Positions 9,092 through 17,843 of a DNA stretch of 31,178 nt are shown here, one piece after another. This DNA is from Synechococcus sp. (GTDB lineage: Bacteria; Cyanobacteriota; Cyanobacteriia; Thermostichales; PCC-7336). The translations under genes and the position numbers were made by a program. Below the pieces are notes generated by a model, which searched no databases, was not told the origin of the DNA, and was given only the letters and a program-made list of their open reading frames with translations. The stretch spans positions 1 through 31,178 of the forward strand of contig JBFRWD010000093.1 of NCBI GenBank assembly GCA_051439425.1, written 5' to 3'. Numbering within the stretch: the stretch's first letter is position 1; every line of letters begins with the position of its first letter.

Positions 9092-10390
9092 TTAGCTCTC
9101 TTCAGCGTTCATCAAATCCAATAGGGCCAACGCATAGATTTTGGTGGCGACCACCACCTTATCCATGTCGATGTATTCGTTCACCGGTGGCCAGCCATCC
9201 TCCCCCGGCCCAAACGTAATGGATGGAATCCCGTTCTGAGAGAAACGTAGGGTGTCGCAGTAGGCATTCTTGCGATACAACACCGGGTCTTTGCCCACCA
9301 CCTGCTGGTACGCCTTCGAAATCGCCGTCACGTGGGGGGAATCATCCGGCACCTCCACCGACGCAGGTACAAATGTCTCGCCAGCCACCTGCGTCACCGT
9401 CGCATCCACTGCTGGGTCGGCTGCTTTCAACGTGCTAATGACAGCCTCAATATCCGCAATAATCGACTCCGCCGTCATCCCCGGTACGACACCGACAACC
9501 CACACCCGAGCCCGACACCAAGGGGGGGTAAACTGGCCTTCGCCAATCTTCCCGGCTTCCATCCGCACCGGACAAATGCTGGGCTGGGTGGGTCCGTAAA
9601 TCTTGGGGGCTTCGTGGGTAAACGTGGTGGTGCGCAGAGTCTCCAGCAAGGTGGCCATGTGCAATATGGGGTTAGTGCCCTCATCCGGTCGCCAGATGTG
9701 CGATCGCACGCCACGAGTTTCGATATCCAACACACAGCAGCCCGAGTGAGCTACCGCAATGCCAATTCCCCAGTCGTCGGGACTGTTTGTCCAAGAGGTG
9801 GGCTCGACGGTAATTTCGTAGTCTCCTTTTAAGCCCCATTCTTCTAACAAAAACTTGGCCCCTGCCCCGCCGTGACGTTCTTCGTCCACGCAGTAGGCAC
9901 AGGTGATTTTGCCGCTGATGTTCACCCCCGCATCCTTTAAGGCTTTCAGAGCCAACAGGTGGCAGGCTAAGTTCCCGCGAGTGTCGGAGGTGCCTCGACT
10001 GTAGAGATAGCGATCGTCCTTCAGGGTGGGGTTGTAGGGATTGCGGCCGCTGTGCACCCATTCGTTGGGATCGCCCGCCGGATAGGTATCCATGTGGTCG
10101 TTCAAAATCACCGTCGGGCCGGGGCGGCCATCATCCCAGTTAGCCACCACGTTGGGGCGGCCTTCCATCTTCGAGACTTGCTGAACCGAGAAGCCAATCG
10201 ACTTGAGATATCCGGCAATGAAGTTGGAAATATCTTCTTCGCAAGCGGGTGGGTATTCCGGGTCGATGGAGCTGGAGCAAACGGGCTGACCAATCGGCAC
10301 CATGGTCGAAATCAGATCCAAACAACTTTCGCGATCGATCGCATCCAATACCCGCTGTTCCAGATCGGATTGATTGAGGGTGCCTACCAT
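9092..10390 (-). CDS. M20 (ArgE/DapE-like) metallo-amidohydrolase, atypical
   Basis: GRPNVVA, NDHMDT, RGTSDTRG, DEE, VEPT, G..SH..P..G.NPI, FGPG...NEY. Confidence 0.88.
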   Translation of the reverse strand: MVGTLNQSDLEQRVLDAIDRESCLDLISTMVPIGQPVCSSSIDPEYPPACEEDISNFIAGYLKSIGFSVQQVSKMEGRPNVVANWDDGRPGPTVILNDHMDTYPAGDPNEWVHSGRNPYNPTLKDDRYLYSRGTSDTRGNLACHLLALKALKDAGVNISGKITCAYCVDEERHGGAGAKFLLEEWGLKGDYEITVEPTSWTNSPDDWGIGIAVAHSGCCVLDIETRGVRSHIWRPDEGTNPILHMATLLETLRTTTFTHEAPKIYGPTQPSICPVRMEAGKIGEGQFTPPWCRARVWVVGVVPGMTAESIIADIEAVISTLKAADPAVDATVTQVAGETFVPASVEVPDDSPHVTAISKAYQQVVGKDPVLYRKNAYCDTLRFSQNGIPSITFGPGEDGWPPVNEYIDMDKVVVATKIYALALLDLMNAEES

Positions 10391-10447
10391 GTCAGTCTCC
10401 TAAATTCACTCAATGGATAAACGAATAAGCTGATGCCGTTGTCTGGG

Positions 10448-11275
10448 CTATTTACCCTCCCAATGCACAATCCGCCGGGAAATCGTGCGCAAGATAAAGT
10501 CGAACGTGACGCCGAAAAAGCCAATCATGAAGATGCCGACGAATAATGCTTTTACATTGAAAAACGTGCTGGCATCTTGAATGATGAAGCCAATTCCCAC
10601 ATCTCCAGCCAGCAGTTCCGAGGCCACCAAAATCCCAAAGTCTACCGACAGCGCCACCCGCATGCCCGTAAAGATGTAGGGCAATGCCGCCGGTAAAATC
10701 ACCAGCCAAAATACGTTGAAATCATTGGCCCCCAGCGTTTTCGCTGCCAATATCTTTTCTTTCGGGCAGGCTTGTACTCCGGCGATCGTATTGATCATCA
10801 CGATCAACGTCCCGGCATACAAGATGATCATGACTTTTGAGACTTCACCAATCCCAAACCACACAATAAATAATGTGATGAATGCTAATGGTGGGATGGG
10901 TCTGAGTAGCTCGGTAATGAGATAAAACGCGGCTTTGACGTATTTGTAATGGCCCATCAACAAGCCAAGCGCTGTCCCGATGAACGAGCCCAAGAAAAAG
11001 GCTGTGAACACGCGAAACAGGCTCATGCCAACATGTTTGGCTAATGGGTGACCGGCATATCCCCTAGAGACAATGACGAAAAATTCGTTCACGATGCCGG
11101 ATAGGCTGGGCAAGAATAGCTCTTTAATCCACCCCATCTGTGTGGTGATTTCCCACAGAATCAGAATTGCAACGGGCAAAACCGTCGCGATCGCCACGGT
11201 GAGGGCGCGCTCGTCAATCCGCAGTCGTTTTACTCTCGATGACGATTGGGGTCTGATGGCAGTCAACGGAGACAT
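10448..11275 (-). CDS. NitT/TauT-family ABC permease (TauC-like)
   Basis: LRPIPPLA, WFGIGE.SK, AAKTLGA, LPAALPYIFTGMR, LVASELL. Confidence 0.93.
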   Translation of the reverse strand: MSPLTAIRPQSSSRVKRLRIDERALTVAIATVLPVAILILWEITTQMGWIKELFLPSLSGIVNEFFVIVSRGYAGHPLAKHVGMSLFRVFTAFFLGSFIGTALGLLMGHYKYVKAAFYLITELLRPIPPLAFITLFIVWFGIGEVSKVMIILYAGTLIVMINTIAGVQACPKEKILAAKTLGANDFNVFWLVILPAALPYIFTGMRVALSVDFGILVASELLAGDVGIGFIIQDASTFFNVKALFVGIFMIGFFGVTFDFILRTISRRIVHWEGK

Positions 11276-11379
11276 CCTCTAGCAAGACAACGGAATGTGG
11301 TTCGGTCAAACGGAAGCTGTTGGGGCTGTTGGAAGGGTTGGGAATCTATTGATTGCCGGCTATCTTCAGATGAGCTTCC

Positions 11380-12216
11380 TCAAGTGCCGGTCATCGTCAA
11401 GTAGATTTGCTTGCGATACAAACTAAATTCGTCTGAGACTCGGTTGAGTTTTGAGTGACGTGGTGACGGTAGATGAATATCAAATTCCCGCTCGATTTTC
11501 CCCAACCGATCGCTCATCACGACTACGCGATCGCTTAAAAACACTGCTTCTTCAATGCTGTGGGTGACGAACAGTACCGTGCCGCCAATTCGTTCCTGCA
11601 GTTTCAGCAATTCTTCCTGCAGTCCCTCGCGGGTTTGCACATCAACGGCTGCAAACGGTTCGTCCATCAACAAGATTTCTGGCTGGATGACCATCGAGCG
11701 CGCCACTGCCACCCGCTGACGCATTCCCCCCGAAAGCTGATACGGATATTTTGATTCGCTCCCGGCCAACCCCACAAGCTCAATGATGGAGGCCACCCGT
11801 TCTCGCTTCTCCTTCGCCCCAATCCGCTGAAATCGAAATCCGAAGGCTACATTCTGTTCGACCGTCATCCAGTCAAACAATGCATTGCCCTGAAACACGA
11901 CCCCTCGGCTGGCATCGGGCCCTTCCACCGGCTGGCCGTTATGCTCCAATGTCCCCGAAACCGGATGAATAAATCCCGCAATCAAATTGAGAATAGTGGA
12001 CTTACCGCAGCCAGATGGCCCCAACAGCGTCAAAAATTCCCCTTTGCGGATCGACAGATCGATTTCGGACAGGATCAACTTGTCAGATTGATAGCCGAAC
12101 GACACATTTGACAGCTGAATGGTGCCGGGACTGTGCTCGCCCCCCACGATCGAGCGATCGAGCAATGAACTGAAGGATTGCTCTACAGGAGAGCGATTGC
12201 TGGAGCCATCTGGCAT
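11380..12216 (-). CDS. NitT/TauT-family ABC ATP-binding protein (TauB-like)
   Basis: GPSGCGKST, LSGGMRQRVAVAR, LMDEPF, VTHSIEEA. Confidence 0.94.
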   Translation of the reverse strand: MPDGSSNRSPVEQSFSSLLDRSIVGGEHSPGTIQLSNVSFGYQSDKLILSEIDLSIRKGEFLTLLGPSGCGKSTILNLIAGFIHPVSGTLEHNGQPVEGPDASRGVVFQGNALFDWMTVEQNVAFGFRFQRIGAKEKRERVASIIELVGLAGSESKYPYQLSGGMRQRVAVARSMVIQPEILLMDEPFAAVDVQTREGLQEELLKLQERIGGTVLFVTHSIEEAVFLSDRVVVMSDRLGKIEREFDIHLPSPRHSKLNRVSDEFSLYRKQIYLTMTGT

Positions 12217-12425
12217 TGGAATTACTCTCTAGAATTTTCTGACTACAAACGCAAGGGGGTTCAAGGCGGGGGCTAAAGTTCCCTCCTGGGCCGGCAGCAT
12301 ACGACGGTGCGAAGAGCGCGTCTGTATCAAATCAGCCTAAATGGCAAAATCACCTCAGGCTGACCGCAGGAATGTCTACAAAGACAATGCCCCACTTAGA
12401 GTCAGCCTGAATGGAAACTAGAGAT

Positions 12426-13445
12426 TTACTTCGACTCCAGATAATCGGCAATGTAGGAGGAATTAATCAGCGGTGCAATATCCTCGGGGGCATTGTCGAT
12501 GCGGCCCTGCTCTTCTAAAAACACGGCGTACTCTTCGTAAGCTTGGAAAAGGGCAGAGGACTCGGCAGCACCAGGGGCACCTAACCAGTCATCCGACAGC
12601 TGATCTTCAATCAGTAACACTTCAGAGCCCTGGCGATCGACCATTGCTCCAAACTCTTCCGCAGACAAATTCAGGCGCTCGGCCTCGTACACCTGTCCGG
12701 CAGCGGGATCGGCCAAATAATCTTGCTGTGCGGCATCCCAGGCGGCAATGAATTGTTGGATCGCTTCCGGATTCTCTTCCGCAAACTCTCCGCGCACAGC
12801 CCACAGTGCTACGGCGAAGGCTCCGACCGAGTCTGCTGTTTCGATGTCAGTACCACCCAATTCGTTGAGGGCACCGGCAGCGGGCTCCCACGTCCAGGCG
12901 GCATCAATGCGATCGGCGGAGTAGGCCGGAGCCATATCTGCCGGAGCCAGATTCACCAGCGTGACGTCTTCTGGGGTGAGTTCTTTCTGGGAGAGGGCGG
13001 ACAACAACGAGTGGTGACCGGAGGTTCCGAAGGTGACGCCAATGCTTAGCCCTTCCAGCTCTTCAACGGTGGATGCATCGCCAATCAAGCGTTCGGCGGT
13101 TTTAGGAGAGTGATCGAGCAGGAACACTTCAATGTCGATACCGCGAGCGTAGGCGGAGAGGGACGGGAAGGGGAAGAACCAAGTAACATCTACCTCGCCT
13201 GCCGCCAATGCCGGTACCATCGAGCCACCAGAGGCATAGGGTACAAGTTCAACATCCAGTCCAGCGGCTTCAAAATATCCTTCGTGGAAGGCAACCATGG
13301 TGACGTTATTAATGTCCCCGGTTTGGTATCCCACTCGAAGTGGTTCGTCTGCCAAGCTGATGTCGGGAGTGAGCGCCGAGAACAGTACTCCTGCCGCTAA
13401 ACCGGACAGTCCCAATACGTGCCTTCTCGTTACCTGCATCGTCAT
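12426..13445 (-). CDS. TauA/SsuA-like ABC substrate-binding protein
   Basis: TRRHVL twin-Arg-like signal, LRVGYQ, SGGSMVPALAAGEVD, FGTSGH, IDAAWTWEP. Start chosen at ATG 13445 behind AGGA. Confidence 0.9.
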   Translation of the reverse strand: MTMQVTRRHVLGLSGLAAGVLFSALTPDISLADEPLRVGYQTGDINNVTMVAFHEGYFEAAGLDVELVPYASGGSMVPALAAGEVDVTWFFPFPSLSAYARGIDIEVFLLDHSPKTAERLIGDASTVEELEGLSIGVTFGTSGHHSLLSALSQKELTPEDVTLVNLAPADMAPAYSADRIDAAWTWEPAAGALNELGGTDIETADSVGAFAVALWAVRGEFAEENPEAIQQFIAAWDAAQQDYLADPAAGQVYEAERLNLSAEEFGAMVDRQGSEVLLIEDQLSDDWLGAPGAAESSALFQAYEEYAVFLEEQGRIDNAPEDIAPLINSSYIADYLESK

Positions 13446-13503
13446 CTTCACCATCCTGCAATCAAGGAAGCTATGACCTGATTTACAGCCCGGCAACCAT
13501 TCA

Positions 13504-13527
13504 GTTTTGTCATCTAAGTCACAAAAC
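13504..13527. promoter_or_regulatory. Palindromic operator, CRP-family-like box
   Basis: GTTTTGT-CATCTAAGTC-ACAAAAC. Core TGTCA-N6-TCACA is one mismatch from TGTGA-N6-TCACA; lies in the divergent promoter region. Confidence 0.5.
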
Positions 13528-13816
13528 AATCGAAGGATAAATGAAGCTTTTATATGGGTCAATAAAGCATTTTTATTGGTGGAGATGTTTAGCTTTATGC
13601 TTTTCTAGAGTGAAGTATCAGATGGAATATCTATTGTTTCGTTTCTGATTGAAATTCTCCTCATGAAAGCTAGGTCTATTTGTTGGCCCTTTACGCATAT
13701 TTTCATATGGAAATCCTCTCTAAACAGGCGTTTGGCCTGTTTCTTGTTGGACTGCATGTCATAAGTCAGTCATCGATCACAATCGATTTCTCTTCACCTA
13801 GTTTGGGATAAATCTT

Positions 13817-15253
13817 ATGTCCGAAGACATTGGCTGCCTGCTCTTCGATCGCTTGAGAGCACGCTATGGAGATGGCCAGATTTCTCCCACCGAATTAGTA
13901 CGCTCCATCCTCGACCGAATTGAATTGAATGGAGATGATGGGGTTTGGATATCGGTTGTTGAACGAGAAGCAGCGATCGCTCGTGCAGACTATCTGGAAC
14001 GCTGCAGCGACTTGGAACAACAGAGCCTTCCGTTATGGGGTATCCCCTTCAGTGTCAAAGACTGCATCGACATCGCAGGGGTTCCGACGACCAGTGCTTG
14101 CCCCGATTACAGCTACCTGGCAAGCTTCACCAACCCTGCCGTTCAGCGCCTGATTGAAGCGGGGGCAATATATATCGGTAAAACCAATCTCGACCAATTT
14201 GCCACGGGTTTGGTGGGAACCCGAACCGGATATGCCGTGCCGGTGAATCCATTTAATGCGGAGTACATCACAGGTGGGTCGAGTTCGGGGACGGCGGTGT
14301 CGGTGTCTACCGGGCTGGTGTCGTTCGGGTTAGGGACCGATACGGGAGGGTCGGGGCGAATTCCGGCCGGATTCAATAATGTTGTGGGATTAAAGCCCAC
14401 GATTGGTTTGCTGAGTACGACCCACATGGTGCCAGCCTGCCGCACGCTTGACTGTGTCTCGGTGTACGCGCTGACGGCAGAAGATGCCCTAGAAGTCACA
14501 ACCATCGCAAAGGGATACGACCCCAGCAACCCTTATTCTCGGCCCGAGCAGAAACCCGGCGATCGCTGGAACCATTACCAACCCGGACAAGTGTTTCGCT
14601 TTGGCGTACCTCAAGCCAACCAGCACAAGTTCTTTGGAAATCCGGACACCGAGCAGTTATTCGAGCAAGCGATCGCTACTCTTACCGATATGGGGGGTGA
14701 GTGCGTCGAGATCGATTACAGCCCGTTTCTGGAGGTGAATGATTTCTTGTTTCAGGGGGCTTGGGCGGCGGAGCGATATGCGGTGGTTGGGGAGTTTTTG
14801 GAAGCGCATCCAAACAGTGCTACCCCAGTCACTACCGACATAATTCTCAAGTCAAAGCAGATTTCAGCCCATCAAGCATTTCGCGATCGCTACCGGTTGG
14901 CTGAGCTTCACCGTCAATTGCAACAGCTCTGGAATACGTTGGATATTTTCGTGGTTCCGACGGCAGGTACTGCTTATACGTTGGCAGAGATTGAAGCCGA
15001 TCCGGTTGGGCCAAACTTCAACTTGGGGTACTACACCAATTTTGTGAACCTGCTGGATTTAGCGGCGATCGCCGTTCCCAATGGTTTTCAGGCCAACAGC
15101 GTTCCATCTGGAATCACGATCGTTGCTCCTCCTTATACCGAGAGCTATCTGAGCGAGATTGGCTCGGAGTTTCATTGCCGCCGAGTAACGCATTTGGGGG
15201 CAATGGAGTATGACTTACCCGAAGCTAAAACCCCTCAGATATCTGTTAGTTAA
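13817..15253 (+). CDS. atzF: Allophanate hydrolase-like amidase (amidase-signature domain only)
   Basis: LPLWGIPFSVKD.ID, GKTNLDQFATGLVGTR, GGSSSG, GTDTGGSGR.PA.FNN.VGLKPT, LGYYTNFVNLLDL are AtzF-type motifs; 478 aa. Confidence 0.88.
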   Translation: MSEDIGCLLFDRLRARYGDGQISPTELVRSILDRIELNGDDGVWISVVEREAAIARADYLERCSDLEQQSLPLWGIPFSVKDCIDIAGVPTTSACPDYSYLASFTNPAVQRLIEAGAIYIGKTNLDQFATGLVGTRTGYAVPVNPFNAEYITGGSSSGTAVSVSTGLVSFGLGTDTGGSGRIPAGFNNVVGLKPTIGLLSTTHMVPACRTLDCVSVYALTAEDALEVTTIAKGYDPSNPYSRPEQKPGDRWNHYQPGQVFRFGVPQANQHKFFGNPDTEQLFEQAIATLTDMGGECVEIDYSPFLEVNDFLFQGAWAAERYAVVGEFLEAHPNSATPVTTDIILKSKQISAHQAFRDRYRLAELHRQLQQLWNTLDIFVVPTAGTAYTLAEIEADPVGPNFNLGYYTNFVNLLDLAAIAVPNGFQANSVPSGITIVAPPYTESYLSEIGSEFHCRRVTHLGAMEYDLPEAKTPQISVS

Positions 15254-15374
15254 CGGATATAGCCATCCGCTGTAAGGTCTGGAGAGCAAAGACAGCTCAA
15301 AGCTTTGACTGGCTAGGCAAAAAATAGAACTCTCCATACCGGATTTCCGATCGCTTGACGACTGCAAGGATGCC

Positions 15375-16049
15375 ATGACTGAGATTGTTGTTCCGGCTCG
15401 ACCCTATCCGTTCCCGCTGACGTTAGAGCGGACGGCTCTGTTGGTTATCGATATGCAGAATGATTTTTGCACGGTCGGTGGTTGGGGCGATCTCAAGGGG
15501 TTTGATGTGAGCCAAACGCGCAAACCCATTCAAGCACTGCAAAATTTGTTGGCGGCTTTACGACAAACACCGGTGACGATTATCCATACTCGCGAAGGTC
15601 ATCGCCCCGATTTAAGTGACTGTCCGCCTCATAAGTTAGCTCGTTCCCAAAACCAAAAAGCTCCCATTGGTAGCGAAGGAGCGATGGGACGGTTATTGGT
15701 GCGGGGGTCGAAGAGTCACGATTTTGTGGATGAGTTGCAGCCTTTGCCGGGAGAGATTGTGCTGGATAAGCCGGGGAAGGGGGCATTTGTGGCGACTGAT
15801 TTGGATTTGATGTTGCGGCAACGGCGAATTCAGCAGTTGATGTTTGCGGGCGTGACAACGGAGTGTTGCGTACACACGACGCTGCGATCGGCGAACGATC
15901 TGGGGTATGAGTGTTTGCTGTTGGAGGATTGTTGCGCGTCGTTTGTGCCCGAGTTTCATCGGGTGACGGTGGACATCACTCAGACAATTTTTGGGTGGGT
16001 GTCAGATTCCAAACAGCTCGTGGAGTTGCTTGGAAAAACAGCATCGTAG
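15375..16049 (+). CDS. Isochorismatase-fold cysteine hydrolase, biuret/triuret/guanylurea hydrolase (BiuH/TrtA/GuuH) clade
   Basis: ARPY.FP, IDMQNDF, HTREGHRPDLSD, DKPGKG.F.ATDL, GVTTECCVHTT, AND.GYECLLLEDCC. Confidence 0.88.
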   Translation: MTEIVVPARPYPFPLTLERTALLVIDMQNDFCTVGGWGDLKGFDVSQTRKPIQALQNLLAALRQTPVTIIHTREGHRPDLSDCPPHKLARSQNQKAPIGSEGAMGRLLVRGSKSHDFVDELQPLPGEIVLDKPGKGAFVATDLDLMLRQRRIQQLMFAGVTTECCVHTTLRSANDLGYECLLLEDCCASFVPEFHRVTVDITQTIFGWVSDSKQLVELLGKTAS

Positions 16050-16109
16050 GAGAGTGACATCTGGCTGCTTCTGTTGATAGAAAGCCAGAGACTTTAAGCG
16101 ATGGCGCGA

Positions 16110-16592
16110 TCAAAAGAGAGGGCGATCTAGCTGAAAGTTGCGTGCTGTTCTCACCATTTCACCGTCGCGCTCTTCAATGGGTCCCCAAAACTGTAGGGTT
16201 TGGCGGGCGGGTAAATAGTAGCCAACAATGTCATCGTAGATGCCTAAGCCGTGGGCAAAGGTCATGCTGTCGGGTCTGAGATTTTCGACATGGATATCGA
16301 ACTGTCGAGCGGCATAATCTACTCGAAGGATAAGATCGCCGTTGTCGAGTTCGTGTACGGCGGCTGAGAACGAGACGGGAGAGAGTCGTCGCCCGCCATC
16401 GATAATTCTGACTTTGCCTTCAACTTCGCGATCGGGCTCAGTTTGTAATAGCTCTTGCCAACCTTGGTGGACCTTTTCGTCTGCGGACAGGACGGGTTCA
16501 GATGAATAACTGACACCCATATGAATGAACGGCAGGGACAACGCAAGAATGCCAGCGGCAACGGTTTGTCTCAACTGCATCAGCGGTACCAA
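16110..16592 (-). CDS. Hypothetical exported protein
   Basis: 160-aa ORF with signal-peptide-like N-terminus (RQTVAAGILALSLPFI); GGAG immediately upstream. Confidence 0.6.
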   Translation of the reverse strand: MVPLMQLRQTVAAGILALSLPFIHMGVSYSSEPVLSADEKVHQGWQELLQTEPDREVEGKVRIIDGGRRLSPVSFSAAVHELDNGDLILRVDYAARQFDIHVENLRPDSMTFAHGLGIYDDIVGYYLPARQTLQFWGPIEERDGEMVRTARNFQLDRPLF

Positions 16593-16757
16593 CTCCTACA
16601 ATCTGTACAGTACCCCAAGATATGATTGCCTCTTGCGATTGCTGCGAGTCTTTAAGTAAATATTTTGAAAGATTTTCACAATGAGTTTCTGGCTAAAGTT
16701 TTGACTTGCTAGATCTCAAAACTTCAACTAAGAATTTTTTTCATAGAAAGCTAATAC

Positions 16758-17337
16758 TTAAAGTTCTGAGAATAACGGATTTAGCTTTAGTTCAAATCCG
16801 GGTAATAATGGCTCGCCACTGATGCTCTCTGGATTGTCCAGGATTTGCCGATCGCCATCCAACCGATAAATTTCCACCACCCGCCGCACTGGGTCGATGA
16901 GCCAAGCCAGCCGAACGCCTGCGTCGATGTAGTCCAGCATTTTGTCTTGTAAGGGCACAAGCGAGTCGGATGGGGATCGCAGTTCGATGACGAAGTCGGG
17001 GGCGATGGGGGCAAAGCCTCGTTTTTTGCTCGGGAGTGAGGGTCTGCAGGCGACTGCGGCGTACCCACGCCACATCGGGCATATATTTTGCACCGTTGGG
17101 CAGTTGAAATAATGTATGAGAACTAAAGGTTAGACCGGTGCCGTCTTCCATCGCCCACATCGTTACTTGTGCAATGAGTAGGCTTTCACGATGGCCTTTT
17201 TCCAGTCCCAAGGGTGGAGTGATGGTCAACACTCCTTTGGAGCTAATTTCGATGATTTGTTCGGGATTTTGGCAGCAGAGTTGCTGGAACTGCCAGTTAG
17301 TCAGAGTGATGCCGGGGGCGAGTGTTAGCCGTGTCAT
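16758..17337 (-). pseudogene. Uma2-family (DUF820) endonuclease, frameshifted
   Basis: N-half FQQLC..NPE..IE.S.KG.L...FQLPNGA...PDVAW joins C-half RGFAPIAPDFVIELRSPSD...GVRLAWLIDP via one extra base in a 6-nt homopolymer (17022-17027). Confidence 0.88.
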
Positions 17338-17598
17338 GACAGCTGTAAGACTGATCAGATCGCTATGGTAGAGCAATTGAAATTACAATGTGGTGTACTT
17401 CATGGAGAGACACAGCATCGTGCTTCTAAAGCGAATGGTGGGATGAATATTTTTTGAAATAGTGGGGATACTTGGCAGTTTGACCGGTTATTTTGATTGC
17501 AGGGTAAATCTAGCGGATCGATTGATTCGCGGATGGAGACTCCTTTAGGTGCTGGTTGGTAAAACTCTGTTTCTGCTGGGGATAGTGGGGCACTAGGG

Positions 17599-17835
17599 GT
17601 GACGAAAGTTTTTTGAGCTATCACCGCAAGGACTTAACTTTTTGTGCGGGAACTCAACCATTGCTTGCAGCGCGATGGTGTGGAAGCTTTCTTTGACAAG
17701 GAATCCATTGAAGTAGGAAGCACTTGGACTCTGGAATTACAGAAAGGACTTGATGAAACCGATTTCATCATTATTGTTCTGAGTCCCGACTACGTTGCCT
17801 CTGATTGGGGCACAGGGGAATGGACTAGTTTATGA
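17599..17835 (+). pseudogene. TIR-domain remnant
   Basis: KVF(L)SYHRKD...VRELNHCLQRDGVEAFFDKESIEVG..W..ELQKGLDETD.IIIVLSPDY..S.W...EW; indels in T tracts near the start and an early stop. Confidence 0.78.
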
Positions 17836-17843
17836 TGATGGGA

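Noticed and set aside
12329..12416. Short TCAGCCT(A/G)AATGG direct and TCAGGCTGAC inverted repeats after the SBP gene
   Set aside because: Short and imperfect; at most an mRNA-stabilising structure, which is common after SBP genes.
10448..13445. Naming the cassette tauABC
   Set aside because: Family resemblance only; no TauD or other sulfonate enzymes nearby, and the context is C-N hydrolases.
13446..13816. Guanidine riboswitch or canonical NtcA site ahead of the ABC/atzF divergon
   Set aside because: No guanidine-I 3' motif or paired ACGR hairpins recognised; the only GTA (13615) is not followed by TAC at N8. A covariance-model search would be needed to exclude it fully.
17400..17624. 74-aa Cys/Pro-rich ORF
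   Set aside because: No recognisable family; overlaps the TIR remnant start on the opposite strand.
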